Source of the DNA: Fimicolochytrium jonesii
Taxonomy: Eukaryota
Reading direction: 5' to 3'
Assembly: GCF_025526975.1 (NCBI RefSeq)
Contig: NW_026515692.1
Span: forward strand, 310,001-374,000
Length of the DNA: 64,000 nt
In this document: in pieces, positions 13,901-25,072 of the stretch
Layout of the letters: every line of letters begins with the position of its first letter
Position numbering within the stretch: the stretch's first letter is position 1
Notes under the pieces: model-generated
Database searches by the model: none
What the model was told of the DNA's origin: nothing
The model's input: only the letters and a program-made list of their open reading frames with translations
Translations under genes and position numbers: made by a program

Positions 13901-16900
13901 TAGCGAGGACCCGCAGGTTGGGGGAGAGGACGTGCCGCTGTTCAAAAAGGTGTGTTTCATTCCCCCGTCGCAATAGGCATTCTGAGACCCATGCTGATTT
14001 ATTTTTCGTTAGCTCAAAGCCCACCTCGCAGAAATGCTCATCGCCTCCCTCACCACCGAACACTCCCCGCCCAACGCGCGCTACATCCTGCACCTCGTCA
14101 ACAATTTCGTCGCGGAGGATGTGGCGTTCTGTCCGGGGTTGCCGGCTTTGGTTATTCGGGTTGTGCAGGAGAAGGTTTGTATATTTAGTCTGCGCTTCAT
14201 TTTCATCTATCGTTCTGCAATGTGGCTTCTGCGATATCGTTTTCTGATATTGGAATTTCTCGTTTAGCCGATAAGAGGCTGGCCCCCAGATGTCGCCCGC
14301 ACGGCGTTCCAGACGCTCAACACGTTGTCGCATTTCTATCAGTATATCTGGCGGGATAATAAGAATTGTCCCCGCGAGCTGGTTTTGAGTTTATGTCGGT
14401 ATGTCGACCAGAGTTTGCTGGAGGATAACTTAGTGGTAAGCGCCCGCCCACCCCACAAACAACAAGCTGTGATTCAAAATCTAAACCCCGATATACACAG
14501 GCAGCGCAACCCCTCATCATCGCCGCCTACGACTGCCTCGTCCGCTGGGTAACCGCGGGCGACTGGATCACGGACGACAAAGAATGCCACCGGGCCGTCA
14601 TCGCGACCCTCTGCCGCGGGATCGGGCTGCTGGACCGCGAAGACGAGTTTGCAGCCGTCAGCCCGCCCAACACCTACTCCGGGTTGTCCCCACAGCACTC
14701 CTCCTCGCTGACCGCAAGCTCGACCGTCGGCAATCTGAGCCAGCTCGCCAGCGGCGGGGTTGGGATTGGGATCGCGGCGTATGGCGTGGAAACGGGGGGA
14801 GGGGATAAGAAGAAAGGGCAGCGGCATACCATCGCGGCGTCGAAACTTATCCCCAAACTCCGCGGGTCCGCGGCGCCGAGCGCGGCGGGGTCAGTGAGCA
14901 CGGGGACGAAAGATGCCGGTTTGGGGTTACCGACGTTTGCGAACCTGACGGCCGAGTTGACGATCAAAGGGGCCGCGGAGATGGCGTTGGCGCATATGGT
15001 GAATCATCTCGGGCATTTTCCGCCGTATGGAGAGGTTACGGGCGTCGCGAAGGTTAGTAGTATGTGGGATGAGGAGGGGGAGGTTGGGAGGATTGTAGCG
15101 GTGAGGGAGGCGTTGGGGAAGAGACGGCGCAGGCAGATGTGGGCGGATGAGTTTGGTGCAAGGGATGGGAGTAGTGATGAAGACGGGGACGAGGATGGGA
15201 ACGCGAGTTCGTTGACCGCGGAGGAGGTGGCTGCGTTACCCACTCCTAAAGTCACGCTGGCGGATTATCGCAAGTATATGCGGTTCTATGCGTACGAGAA
15301 ACGGATCATCATTGGAATTGTCGAGACGCCACATTGGGCGGTACTTGACGACCCAGCAGAGGCGCGGAAGGAGACAGCGTCGGTGACGGGCAGACTGCCG
15401 GAAAGTGGTCGAACCTCGTCCCTCTCACGGCCTTCCGCAGGACAAGTCTCGCGATTGGGTGGCCCAAAACGCCTCACACCGTACATGACCCTCGTCCTAC
15501 GTGACGCGACTGGAAAGTACACTTGGATGAGTTCGCTCCGGTACGTCGAGGAGGACTACCGTACGCCGGACACGACCATGGATCAACCACCCTCAGCGGC
15601 CGAAACAACAGCGGATACCTCCGTGGCATCTCTCCCCGCGCAGACCGACGCACCAAGTGAGACTCCCGGGTCGCCTCAGCCTCCCAAGATCACCATCTCG
15701 TCTGACTCTCGTCACGGCTCTGCCGAATTGGGCACATGCAGTTCCAGCAGCACTGACGACGTCCACCATGCATCGGCTGGCGATATCACCTCACCTGACC
15801 AGTCGATTATTCCCTTCATCAATGCCTCCAACGCGCCTGCATCTCCCGTATCCCCGCAACAACAAACAGGGGTCACGGTGCAAACATCAACATCTCGGTC
15901 TCGCCATTTCGTCCCGGCAGCCTATCCCTACACCCCCAAAGGTGCATCGGTCGTGCACTACAAATGCGTGAACGAGACGAGTATCCCGGCCCTGGACGAC
16001 GTACTAGGCGACGGCGACACGGATCGTAAAGGACATGAAGTGATCAAGAAGGTAACGCAGAACCAGATCCAGATGGAGCAGGAGTGGGCGGACAACGTCG
16101 ACAAAAGTGGTGCTCACCTCCCGCAAACCACGGCCGCCATCCCGCCAGCACCCGTGGATCTCACGGATCCCCACACCAAGACCCCCAACGCGTTCCGGAT
16201 CTTCCTCTCCCAGTTCGGACTCCTGAAACCCGACCTGCAGTCGCGACTCTGGCCGCTGACGATGACCGACGCGCTGCTGGAGGAGCTGAAGCGAGTGGAC
16301 AAGCTACCCGAACGCGATTGTATGAGTATTTCGGTGCTGTTCTGCAGATCGAGTAACGACTCGGTTGACGAGATCTTGCATCGGGCTACGGTCAGTAATG
16401 ACTTTGATGAGTTCATGCACTGCTTGGGCTGGCCTGTCGATCTGGCGACGCACGTCGGGTTCAAAGGCGCACTGTCTTCGTCTATCGCCGATACTGCGCC
16501 TTACTTTGCAAGCAAACATGTCGAGATGGTCTTTCATTGTCCGTACTACATCCGACGAGCGAAACCGTTGCCAGGATCGCAGTCCTCGTCATCACCAGCC
16601 GCGCCCGCTTTATCACATACTTCAATTCAAACCTCTTCTCCACAGAAAGCCCGCTCTACATCGCCCCAACGAACCGTCCCGCGGCCGCTAGGCGTGCCCC
16701 GCGAACGCCCCATCTCGCATCCCCCGGCTCGCATCTCGGCTGCATCTTCGGCGGTCGTAAAGGGCACCCCAGCCGCCGCTGGACTCGTACCGGAGCTGGA
16801 CCCGACCCTTACGAAAGAACACGCGACGTCAGCGAGCCACGTCTCACTTGCATCCTCGGTCTCCATGTCGATGCGTAACATCCCCACTTCTGCTACATCC

Positions 16901-17753
16901 GAGGTGTCACCCTCATCATCATCGGCATCAAAACCACCCACCACATCCCACGCATCCAACCCCACCCACCCGCACGACTTCCTCACCCACCTCACCCACG
17001 ACGACGTCGTCACGCTCATCTGGATCGAAGACATCTACCGCCTCTCGCGCATCCAGCAGCGGCTCGTGCGCGCCGGCTCCCTCGCGCAGATCTACATCTT
17101 TGTGCATCCGCTCCCGCACGCCCCCGGGTTGTACTGGATTCGCATCCTGCCGGTGGGAGGCGTGCATCCGACGCCCGGGTCGGTCGGCGGGCATCACCAT
17201 CATCAGCATCCGGCGTTGGCGAGCTTGCAGGGCGTGGGACAGGCCGGGAGTGAGGATTTGACGGTGAGTTGCGGATTGACTGACCGACCGTGAGCGAGGT
17301 CGGACGCGGATGCCTTCTGAACACTTTCTGTATCGATATTACCTTGCTCAACCCGTGTTTCTGGCATTTCAGAAAATCGGACCATTGATGGACGGCATGA
17401 TCATCAGCCGGCACACGCTCGGCACGCTGGTCCGCGCCACGGCGCAACGGGCGCATAAGCATTGCAAGGCGCTCAAGATGAATTACCGTCGGCCGTGAGT
17501 AACCGCTACAGTAGTTCGACGGGATGTTTGCGATTGACCGACTTTTTCTCGACAGAACACTGATCCGCCGCCACGACATCGAAGGGCTGTGCAACAAGCA
17601 CAAGGCGAGCTTATCACTGGGCCGGTAAGTTTGCCCCCTTCAATGCGTATTTGCGCTCTCGGTGGCGGAGTCTACCGTAGGCCAGAGGTGAAAAGAAGCC
17701 CGTGCTAATCACACACCCCCATCCACAGCTTCTACGCCGACCTGTTCACATGA
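10936..17753 (+). CDS. RALGAPB: Ral GTPase-activating protein beta subunit homolog (RalGAP-beta, Rap-GAP-like C-terminal domain), multi-exon
   Basis: Exon 1 10936-10984, exon 2 11058-11368, exon 3 from 11766, many further exons, last exon ...FYADLFT* (TGA 17751-17753). RalGAPB-like motifs: HVRWAMEVVGQGFALP...VYASWL, PDGSTLLHMFGTWLFEA, YSAGRAEALGILCRIF, RDATGKYTW, FDEFMHCLGWPVDLATHVGFKG, IGPLMDGMIISRHTLGTLVRAT. Confidence 0.85.
11409..11602 (+). repeat. Intronic GAGCGAAGCGA-rich dispersed element, copy B (RalGAP-beta intron 2, 11369-11765)
   Basis: Homologous to 8126-8314: shared GTGCAGGGTT, CGGTCTGGGAGRCCGAG, GCGAGTTCCTT, CCTAAYCACGGC, CTTAGCGA and the 29-mer. Confidence 0.85.
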
Positions 17754-18527
17754 CCCTACAAGAAGAACATGTACATATATACCCACCCACACCCACATCT
17801 GCGTACCGCAAACCCCACTCCTACGATAAGAGACACCCCATCAGTTTCATCCCTTGCAGCGCTGCTCGGGAAGGGAGAACGTTTTCCAGTTCCCCATATC
17901 ACAACGAACATCCCTCCCTTCTTACCACCGGACAACTGTATATACATCAACCACACTGCACACTTTCGGACAGAAACGCATGGGTAGGAGACTACGTTAC
18001 GTCCCCGCCCTGCGACGCAATGCATACCGCAGTTGTCCTCCCTGCGGAAAAATGGAATCCCAAACCTCCAGAGCACGAAAACATAAGGGCAACCCTATAT
18101 CGTCGTGGGGGGAGAATCTACATCCCGAATCGAACGACCGCCCCGAATCCATTCAAATGCCCCGCACATCCACTCGCTCGCTCGCTCGCTGAGGAGCGGC
18201 GGCGGCGGGGGGCGGGACCCCAACATCGCATACGGCGGATTTTCTAAAAGACGATCGCACATGCTCCATTCTTTATACATCTCGTCCCCAATTCCCAAGC
18301 CCGCCCACCTCGAGACGTCCCTCACCCACAAGCCGCCATCCATCCGGCTCCTCAAAAAAAAAAAGGAAAAGAAAGTACCGCGGTCAATCCCCAAAAAAAA
18401 ATACCATTCACCATCCCCATTCCCAATCCCGAGAAAAAAATTACATATATACAAAAATGCCAGAAAAATGGTTCTCATCTCGCATACAAGGAGGGCTAGG
18501 TCTCCTCCCTGACCTCCCCTCCTACGA

Positions 18528-21500
18528 TCACGGCTCCGGGCCCGTAGTGTTGCCCAGCATCCCCTTGCCGATCTTTACCCCGCCGACGACGCGTTCATTG
18601 ACCAGCATCAGCTGCTGCGTGATCCACAGGATCGGGGGGTAGCGTCTGGTGACTGCGTTCAAAAACCTCAGCACTTTCTTGAAATCATTCTGGGCTTGGT
18701 CGAAGGCTGCCAGGCTTTCCTTGCTGTGTGGTGAAGAGGACGGCGGCGGGGAGGTGGAGGTGGAGGCGGTGATGGAGGGGGTGGAGACGAGGGCGTGGCA
18801 GCTCGCCATGATGTGGATGAACCCGGCTTCGCGGATGCCGAGGCAGGTCATGAGTGTCACTGGGGGGACATGGATATGCTTGGTCTCGGTTGATGCCGTG
18901 GCGTCGCTCGGTCCTCGTGTCTGTGTTGCGGTCGTCGAAGTGGGTTGTGATTCCCCACTCGGCGTGGCGTCCCCAACCCCCGAGTCGGGTGCACCGCCTC
19001 CACCCACCAACCGCTCAGTAACCCCCACAAACACCCTCGCGATCCGCACCGCCTCCTCCACACACTCCCTCGCCTCCCGCGTCCCCCTCCCCTCCCCAAC
19101 CGCCGCCACCATGCGTGGCCGTCGCAGCAAGCACAGCGTCGCGAGTCGCTGGAGACACAGATCGACTGCGTGGTAGGGTACCACTTCCTCCCCATCGTCG
19201 TTGGCGTTGGGCGAATCGTGAGTTGAGCTGCTGCCGTCTTGTGGATCCGAATCACCGAACGGGTTCATCGTAAACCTCCGCGCCCCCTCCGCCCGCCACA
19301 CCGTCCCGGGACACCGCATGTACCAGTGCTGCACCTCGGCCTCCAGGCCCGCATACACCGGATCGAACCGCGTCAGATCCACCCCTTGCGCCAATGCCGT
19401 GCGATTATACGCCACCGCCTGTAAACATATTCACAGTATGTTAGTAAAAACTCCACATGATCCAATGAATTTTTTGTTTTTAACGTACACGAGCGCAGAC
19501 GGACATGAAGGACGTCCCCAACGCGCAATAACTCTCGGATTTCAGGTGGAGGTATCGGAGAGGTAGACGGCCGGTGGTGTCGGAGAGCTCCCACAGGGCG
19601 TCGTCGCAGGGGAGGGGCACGTTGTAGTGGTGCGGGCGTTCGAAGAAGGTTGGTTGGTTTTGGATGGCTGATTTTAATCTAAGATGGGGATATAGATGTG
19701 AGTGAGCGAAGGGGGGGGGGGGGGGGGGGGGGGGGGAATTTCAAATGTATAAAATGGATGTGGAGGACAGGGATGGGAACTTACATATCGGAAATATACA
19801 ACGCCCACCAAATCCTCCGCCTCGTTTCGATTTCCACCCACCCCATCTTCTTCTTCCGTCCCCTCCTCACCCCCTGCCCCATAACCGTAACCCCTTCCCC
19901 TCCATTCCACTCGCCTCCATCCCCATCCTCCCTTTCGTTCCATCCGCCTCCACCTTCCCCCTCCTCATCCCCGCCGCCTCCACCCTCCCGCGCTCCCATG
20001 ATATTCGCCCCAACTCCTTCGTCCCCCTCCTCCTCCTCCTCCTCCCTCCCAACCCCCAACCACCCCGCCATCCTGACCGCCAGCCCGCCCACGACGCCCG
20101 CGGCCCTCATGCTCCTCCGCATCAACGTGGCGATCGTCAGCAGATGCAGACCCTGCAGCACACCCACGCTCGGATTCTCCATGCTCCTCACGACCAGATT
20201 GCGTGCGCGGGTGTAGAATTGGTTTTGAAGGGCGCGGATGGAGGGCGAGGGGTGGAGGGTGCAGATGTTGGCGTAGAGGGCGTACAGGGTTAGTGGGGGG
20301 AGGGAAGACGGACGGGAGAGGACGGTGGAGCGGTGGAGGAGGGGGTAGGGGATCAGGGAGGTTGCGTGTCTGTTTAAAAGGGGGACTGGTTAATTTTTTG
20401 TGCGGGTTGAAGATGGGGTGAAGGGATGGGAAGCGGGAGGCGACGATGCATAGGACAGGATGTAGCGAGACACGGAGACGATGGGATGGGACTTACTTGA
20501 AATGTAACTCCAAAAGCTCCATATTCACATACGGCTCGTTGATATCCTCCGGCAACACCACCGCCACTTCCCCTTGTCCCGCCCCCGTCCCCGCGGCCCC
20601 GGGACTCGACCTCTCAGTCGCCGCGGTCGATTCCTCGTCGTCGTCGTCAACCCTCATCTCCTCCGTCAACCGCGTGATATCGTCCACAAAATAGATATCC
20701 GGCGTCGGGCCCGTATTCGCGTACCGCTGCTTGTACTCCCTGCAGAACTGTTCGACGACTTTGCTTGGTGTCGGGTCGGGTTTTTCAGTTGCAGGCGGTG
20801 GTGATGATGACGCGGGTGAGGATGCATGGAGGTGGAGGTTGTGGATCACTTGGTCGGCTTCTTCGAAGGTGGAGTAGTGGATCCGGAGGAGGGGGAGGGT
20901 GTCGGGGGCGAGGGCTGTCGATCACATTGAGAGAGTTGTGGGAGATTAGGGCTGGGTGAGTGATATGCTGGGACTTGCTAGACTTTTTACCTGGTGCGTT
21001 GATGGGTAGGGCCGTGTCCATGGCGTTCGGATTTCCGAGGGTGGGTTGGCTTTGACTTCTCGGTTTCGTAGCAGGTGGTGCAGTATCCAGACCGGCACTC
21101 GTTTCGTTCGCTCCACCATCGTTCCCTCCGTTCGCTTCACCCCCGCCCCCACCCATCCCCCTCCGCGCATCCCCCAACATCTTTTCCAGCGTTCTCACCC
21201 GTTCCTCCAACTCCCGCTCCCTCTCTCCCCGTTCCCTCTCCTCCCTCTCTTTATCCATCACACTCCCCTGTTGGCCTTCTCCTGTCCCTTTCTGTGCTTG
21301 TTGTTGTGGATTAGCAGGTCCAGGTAACACCTCCCCATCGTAAGTACACCTCCCCGCCGTCGAAATCGAACAAGGTACACACTGCGGCCGGCCGCCGTCG
21401 CAGCGGTGTTTTCGGCGGCGGCATTGATCTAATCACAAAAATACAAAGCGTAAACCAGTATATCAGTAGATGTTATCTCACCTCGTTTATGTTGGGGGGG

Positions 21501-22904
21501 CGCTTTCTTTTACGTACCACATGCAGTTCGGCGTCCGTTCGCTTTACCCGTTCTTTGCTGCTGCGTGTTTGTGACTGGAGTCGTTGCGGCACGCGGCTTC
21601 TGTTGTTGTTGATGCGGTTGTGGTTCACTCCGCACAGGTATTTTGCTAGGTGGTGAATGCGATCTCGAACTCGAGGCGCAATCGGAAGAGTGGTAGGATG
21701 ATGGTGTGGGGTGTGTGTAATGTTGTTGTTGTTGTTGCTGTTGTTGCTGAGTGTGAGAATGTGGCTGATGATACGATCCAGCGGTGGGTAGTGGGGTGAA
21801 GGGCATATGTGGCGTCTCATAAAACGCATTCTCAAAGTGAAAGTTTCCCGGACTGTTGTTGGCGTTGGTGGTGGTGTTGGAGGCTTGCCACGCATTCCAG
21901 CTCGCCTCCGTCGCAATGACGGCGTCCTCACCCACGATCCATTCATTCCCTCCACCATTCGATCCCGCGATCCCAACGCCAGATAAAGTCCCCACCAAAT
22001 CCGCACTCGTCCCAGTCGCACCAGGCCCCGCTGCCTCGCTGTATAGCATATTTAAAAACGACGACTGTTGTTGTTGCTGTTGTTGGTGTTGGGGGATCGA
22101 TTCCCGATGGTGGATATCGGCGGTGGATAAGCCGTGCATTTTTATGTCATGGGAGGGGACGTGGGTGTGGGATTGAGTGAAACTGGGTAGACCGTGCCCG
22201 ACGAAATTGACGTAGTCTTGGTTAGCGTAGAGGGAGGTGTGGCGGTGTGGGTGTGGTTCCTGTTTGGGAGAGAGAGAAAGGACGTGAGATTGAAACGAAA
22301 GAAACACAAGGATGTGCCGCCTTCAAGTTTCAAAGTGCCGCGGTGAGCTAAGCGACGAATGAGCGAAAGCGAAGCGAAAGCGAAGCGAAGGTGGGGCGGA
22401 TAATTGGTTGAATGATGTTTGAACGAAGCGTATATGCAATAAGGACGATCGTTCGCTGCCGCTCAGGTTTACTGCTCCCTGTCGCTCACGAACCAGAAAC
22501 CCCGCAGGTGCCTCGCTTTGCTCACCCCCGCAGACAGCCAGCATCGCTCGCTTCGCTCACGGCCTCGCATGGCTCGCATCCACATCCATCGCTCCAACGG
22601 TCGCGGTGCTTACCTGTTGGGAGAGCAAAACTTGATGCTGCTGCTGGTCTCCCGATCCCGCCGCGTTGTTCGTATAAATCCTCACACCGCCATCGGTCAA
22701 AAACTGAATAGGCTGTGACGGAAACAGTTGAATGTCCTGCGGTGCTGTCCGTTGAGCTCTGATCAGCAATTGATGGGAATCAATAATATCCAGTACTGGC
22801 GGCGGCGGACAGTACAGTGCTTGAGTGGTAGCATCGGTGTCGTTATTTGGACGGAAGTTATCGGAGGTTGGAGGGGGGTGGTTGTGTGCACGCATAGGCG
22901 ACAT
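18528..22904 (-). CDS. Zn(II)2Cys6 binuclear cluster transcription factor with fungal TF middle-homology region, multi-exon
   Basis: Splicing the 21517..21429 intron gives ACDQCRRRKHRCDGGRPQCVPCSISTAGRCTY. Fungal_trans-type motif ETRRRIWWALYISD; poly-Q tracts. Introns include 22613..22260 and about 20990..20915. The start MSPMRAHN at 22904 is tentative; stop at 18528. Confidence 0.85.
22497..22559 (-). repeat. Intronic GAGCGAAGCGA-rich element, partial copy C (Zn2Cys6 gene intron 22613..22260)
   Basis: Minus strand GAGCGAAGCGAGCGATGCTGGCTGTCTGC...GAGCAAAGCGAGG...TGCGGGGTTT versus copy A GAGCCAAGCGAGTGAGGATGGCTCTCTGC...GAGCGAAGCGACGTGCAGGGTT; sense orientation relative to its host gene. Confidence 0.65.
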
Positions 22905-25072
22905 CGTGGAAGTTTTGAATTGTGTGAGCTGAATGTAAAGTAGGGGTGGCGTGGGAATACTACGTATTGTAAGAACTCCGAGGGTAGAGGGGTTGAAGAA
23001 GTCCGAGGGGAGGGAGGGGCGTGGGTGGGCGTACGAATAAGTATTTGAAGGCCGCGGAGAAGAGTGATGGGGGCGTGGGAGGGCAGGTGGGTGGCGGGTG
23101 GGCAAAAAAAAGGGAGACGAGCCTGCGGTTCCGGAGGTCCCTTTCTCTGTACAGTACAAATAGCTGGCTGCTCTGTCTGTTCTCACAGTCCCCTTCCGTA
23201 GATAGATAGACGTGCACTGGTGGGTTGCGAGTGAGATTGCGTTGGTTGTGAGTTGCTCTGTGGGGGTTTTCCCAGTGTTTGTTATTATTCTTTGGGGAGG
23301 GTTGTCCTTGCCCTTGTCCTTGCTGTGCTTGCTGTGCTTGCTGTGCTTGTTCTTCTTGTTCTTCTTGTTCCCCATTCATTGTGCGTGTTCGTTCTTTCCC
23401 CTTATCAGACAATAGGGGGGGGGGGCGCATTGTCTCACAGTGTATTGCTCAGCGTGACTCATTGGAGCTCCCTCATGGGGCATTGTGATAATCGTGGAGC
23501 GCAAGCCTCATTCATCCCTCCCGTGAATCGGCAAATTCATCAGAGATCATATTCATGGCAATTCCAAGGCGAACGCGTCTCCAGACTCCAGCTTCACCAT
23601 TGCATCATCGTCGCTCAATCCACCCCACGTGTGAGCGCCGTGCGCCGGGAAGTGGGTACGCCGATCATTGACAGGGTTGGCATACCCTCACAAAATGTTA
23701 CCTTCACGTCAGCGAGCGGGACGAGCAGGGTATCGGTTCGACCAACCAACCAACGCTTTTGCAACAACCCACACTCTACTGGAACTGACGCGCATCTCCC
23801 GCCACAAATTGTTTCTCCATTGTCACAAAAAACTCATCCCGAAATAGGTTGATCCTGTGTGCATCCTCACCGCCCTTCTTGTCGGCGGAGTGTACACGCA
23901 CACCTGCCTGCTTCCGCAGCCATCCGATGTCTTCGCCATCAGGTTGTTGGGAGGAGATCTCCTGCTTCTCTAATACCAAGTTACATACGTCCGTGTTGCG
24001 ATGGCATTGTGAAAGGAACCCTTGCACCTGCATCGCCAACCCTCTTTTTTTTGTTCGAACGGGGGGGTGATTTCGAGGAAGAGGAGATCAGCTCCCGAGG
24101 AAGAGGTATTCGCACGGAAGCGGTTTAGGTTCGGCACTTGACGGACTTCGAAGCTTCTTTTCTGGCATGAGAGGGTAGCACTATGTTGTCATCCCCCTTC
24201 AGCCGCACCCTCATCCAACCCGGCCCAGGGAAGATCTTCCCATCAAAGGCGACCGCTGAATGTCCGTAAGACGGCTGTGGATTGGGCATGTACGTCAAGG
24301 GTCGCCGTGGAAACCGTTACGGTATTCTAGATCATCGAGACCGGATTATAGATCAGACTGTGCCGAGTTTGATCTCCCCCATTCCGCTGGATGTTGTCAA
24401 CTTTGATATAATAATTTATCAGAAGGGGTGCTCACGGCCGCCTTCCCCGAGGGCTCCATATCACGCCGACCACACCCCGACAACAGGATCACTTTGCCAG
24501 AAGGCTGGCAGGTTGCTGCACCTGCGTTACGTAAGCAACTCCGCACTACCGATCTCTGTCAAAATCTGTCGTGGACGCGTACGTCTTTGCAGCGACGATG
24601 GCTGATGCCCAGATCATTTGGCGAGCGTGGGAATCGCTCCTCATTTGGTGGCTCTAATCGAGAACAATGGGGCTAACAGTTGGTGTCTCTAATCGATAAA
24701 GCAAAAGCTCTGTGCTAAATCAACTTTGTTGCAAATGGATTCAGAGGAAGCGATATGGCAAAAGGCACGGCCATCGCATACACGGCACATCCGCCGTGCG
24801 CTTTTTCATTCAAATGCTCGGGTGCATGGCCTCCCTCCATCGGCTCCACTGCCTCCGGCTACGGTCGTACACCATACCGTCCGGCAGTTAACGAGCTCCG
24901 ATCCCATCGAACTTCACGGAGGAAACGTCCTCCGCAGTTTCGTGAGTTGATCCGCGCCCGACAGAAATCGTTCCCCGTACAAACCGCGACCCGTACGAGC
25001 CGCCCGTCTCATCGCTCCTCCCTTCTGCCATACAGTGGCCGTCCACGTCGCGTTACGTTGATTTCGAACGCC

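Noticed and set aside
19710..19736. Long G/C homopolymers (also about 31022, 40351, 42435)
   Set aside because: Common in this genome's introns and UTRs; G-quadruplex potential but no specific evidence.
22905..23375. N-terminal part of ORF 22557..23375 (MGNKKNKKNKHSKHSK...)
   Set aside because: Derives from short tandem repeats and looks like 5'UTR or promoter; only the part from 22904 was used, tentatively.
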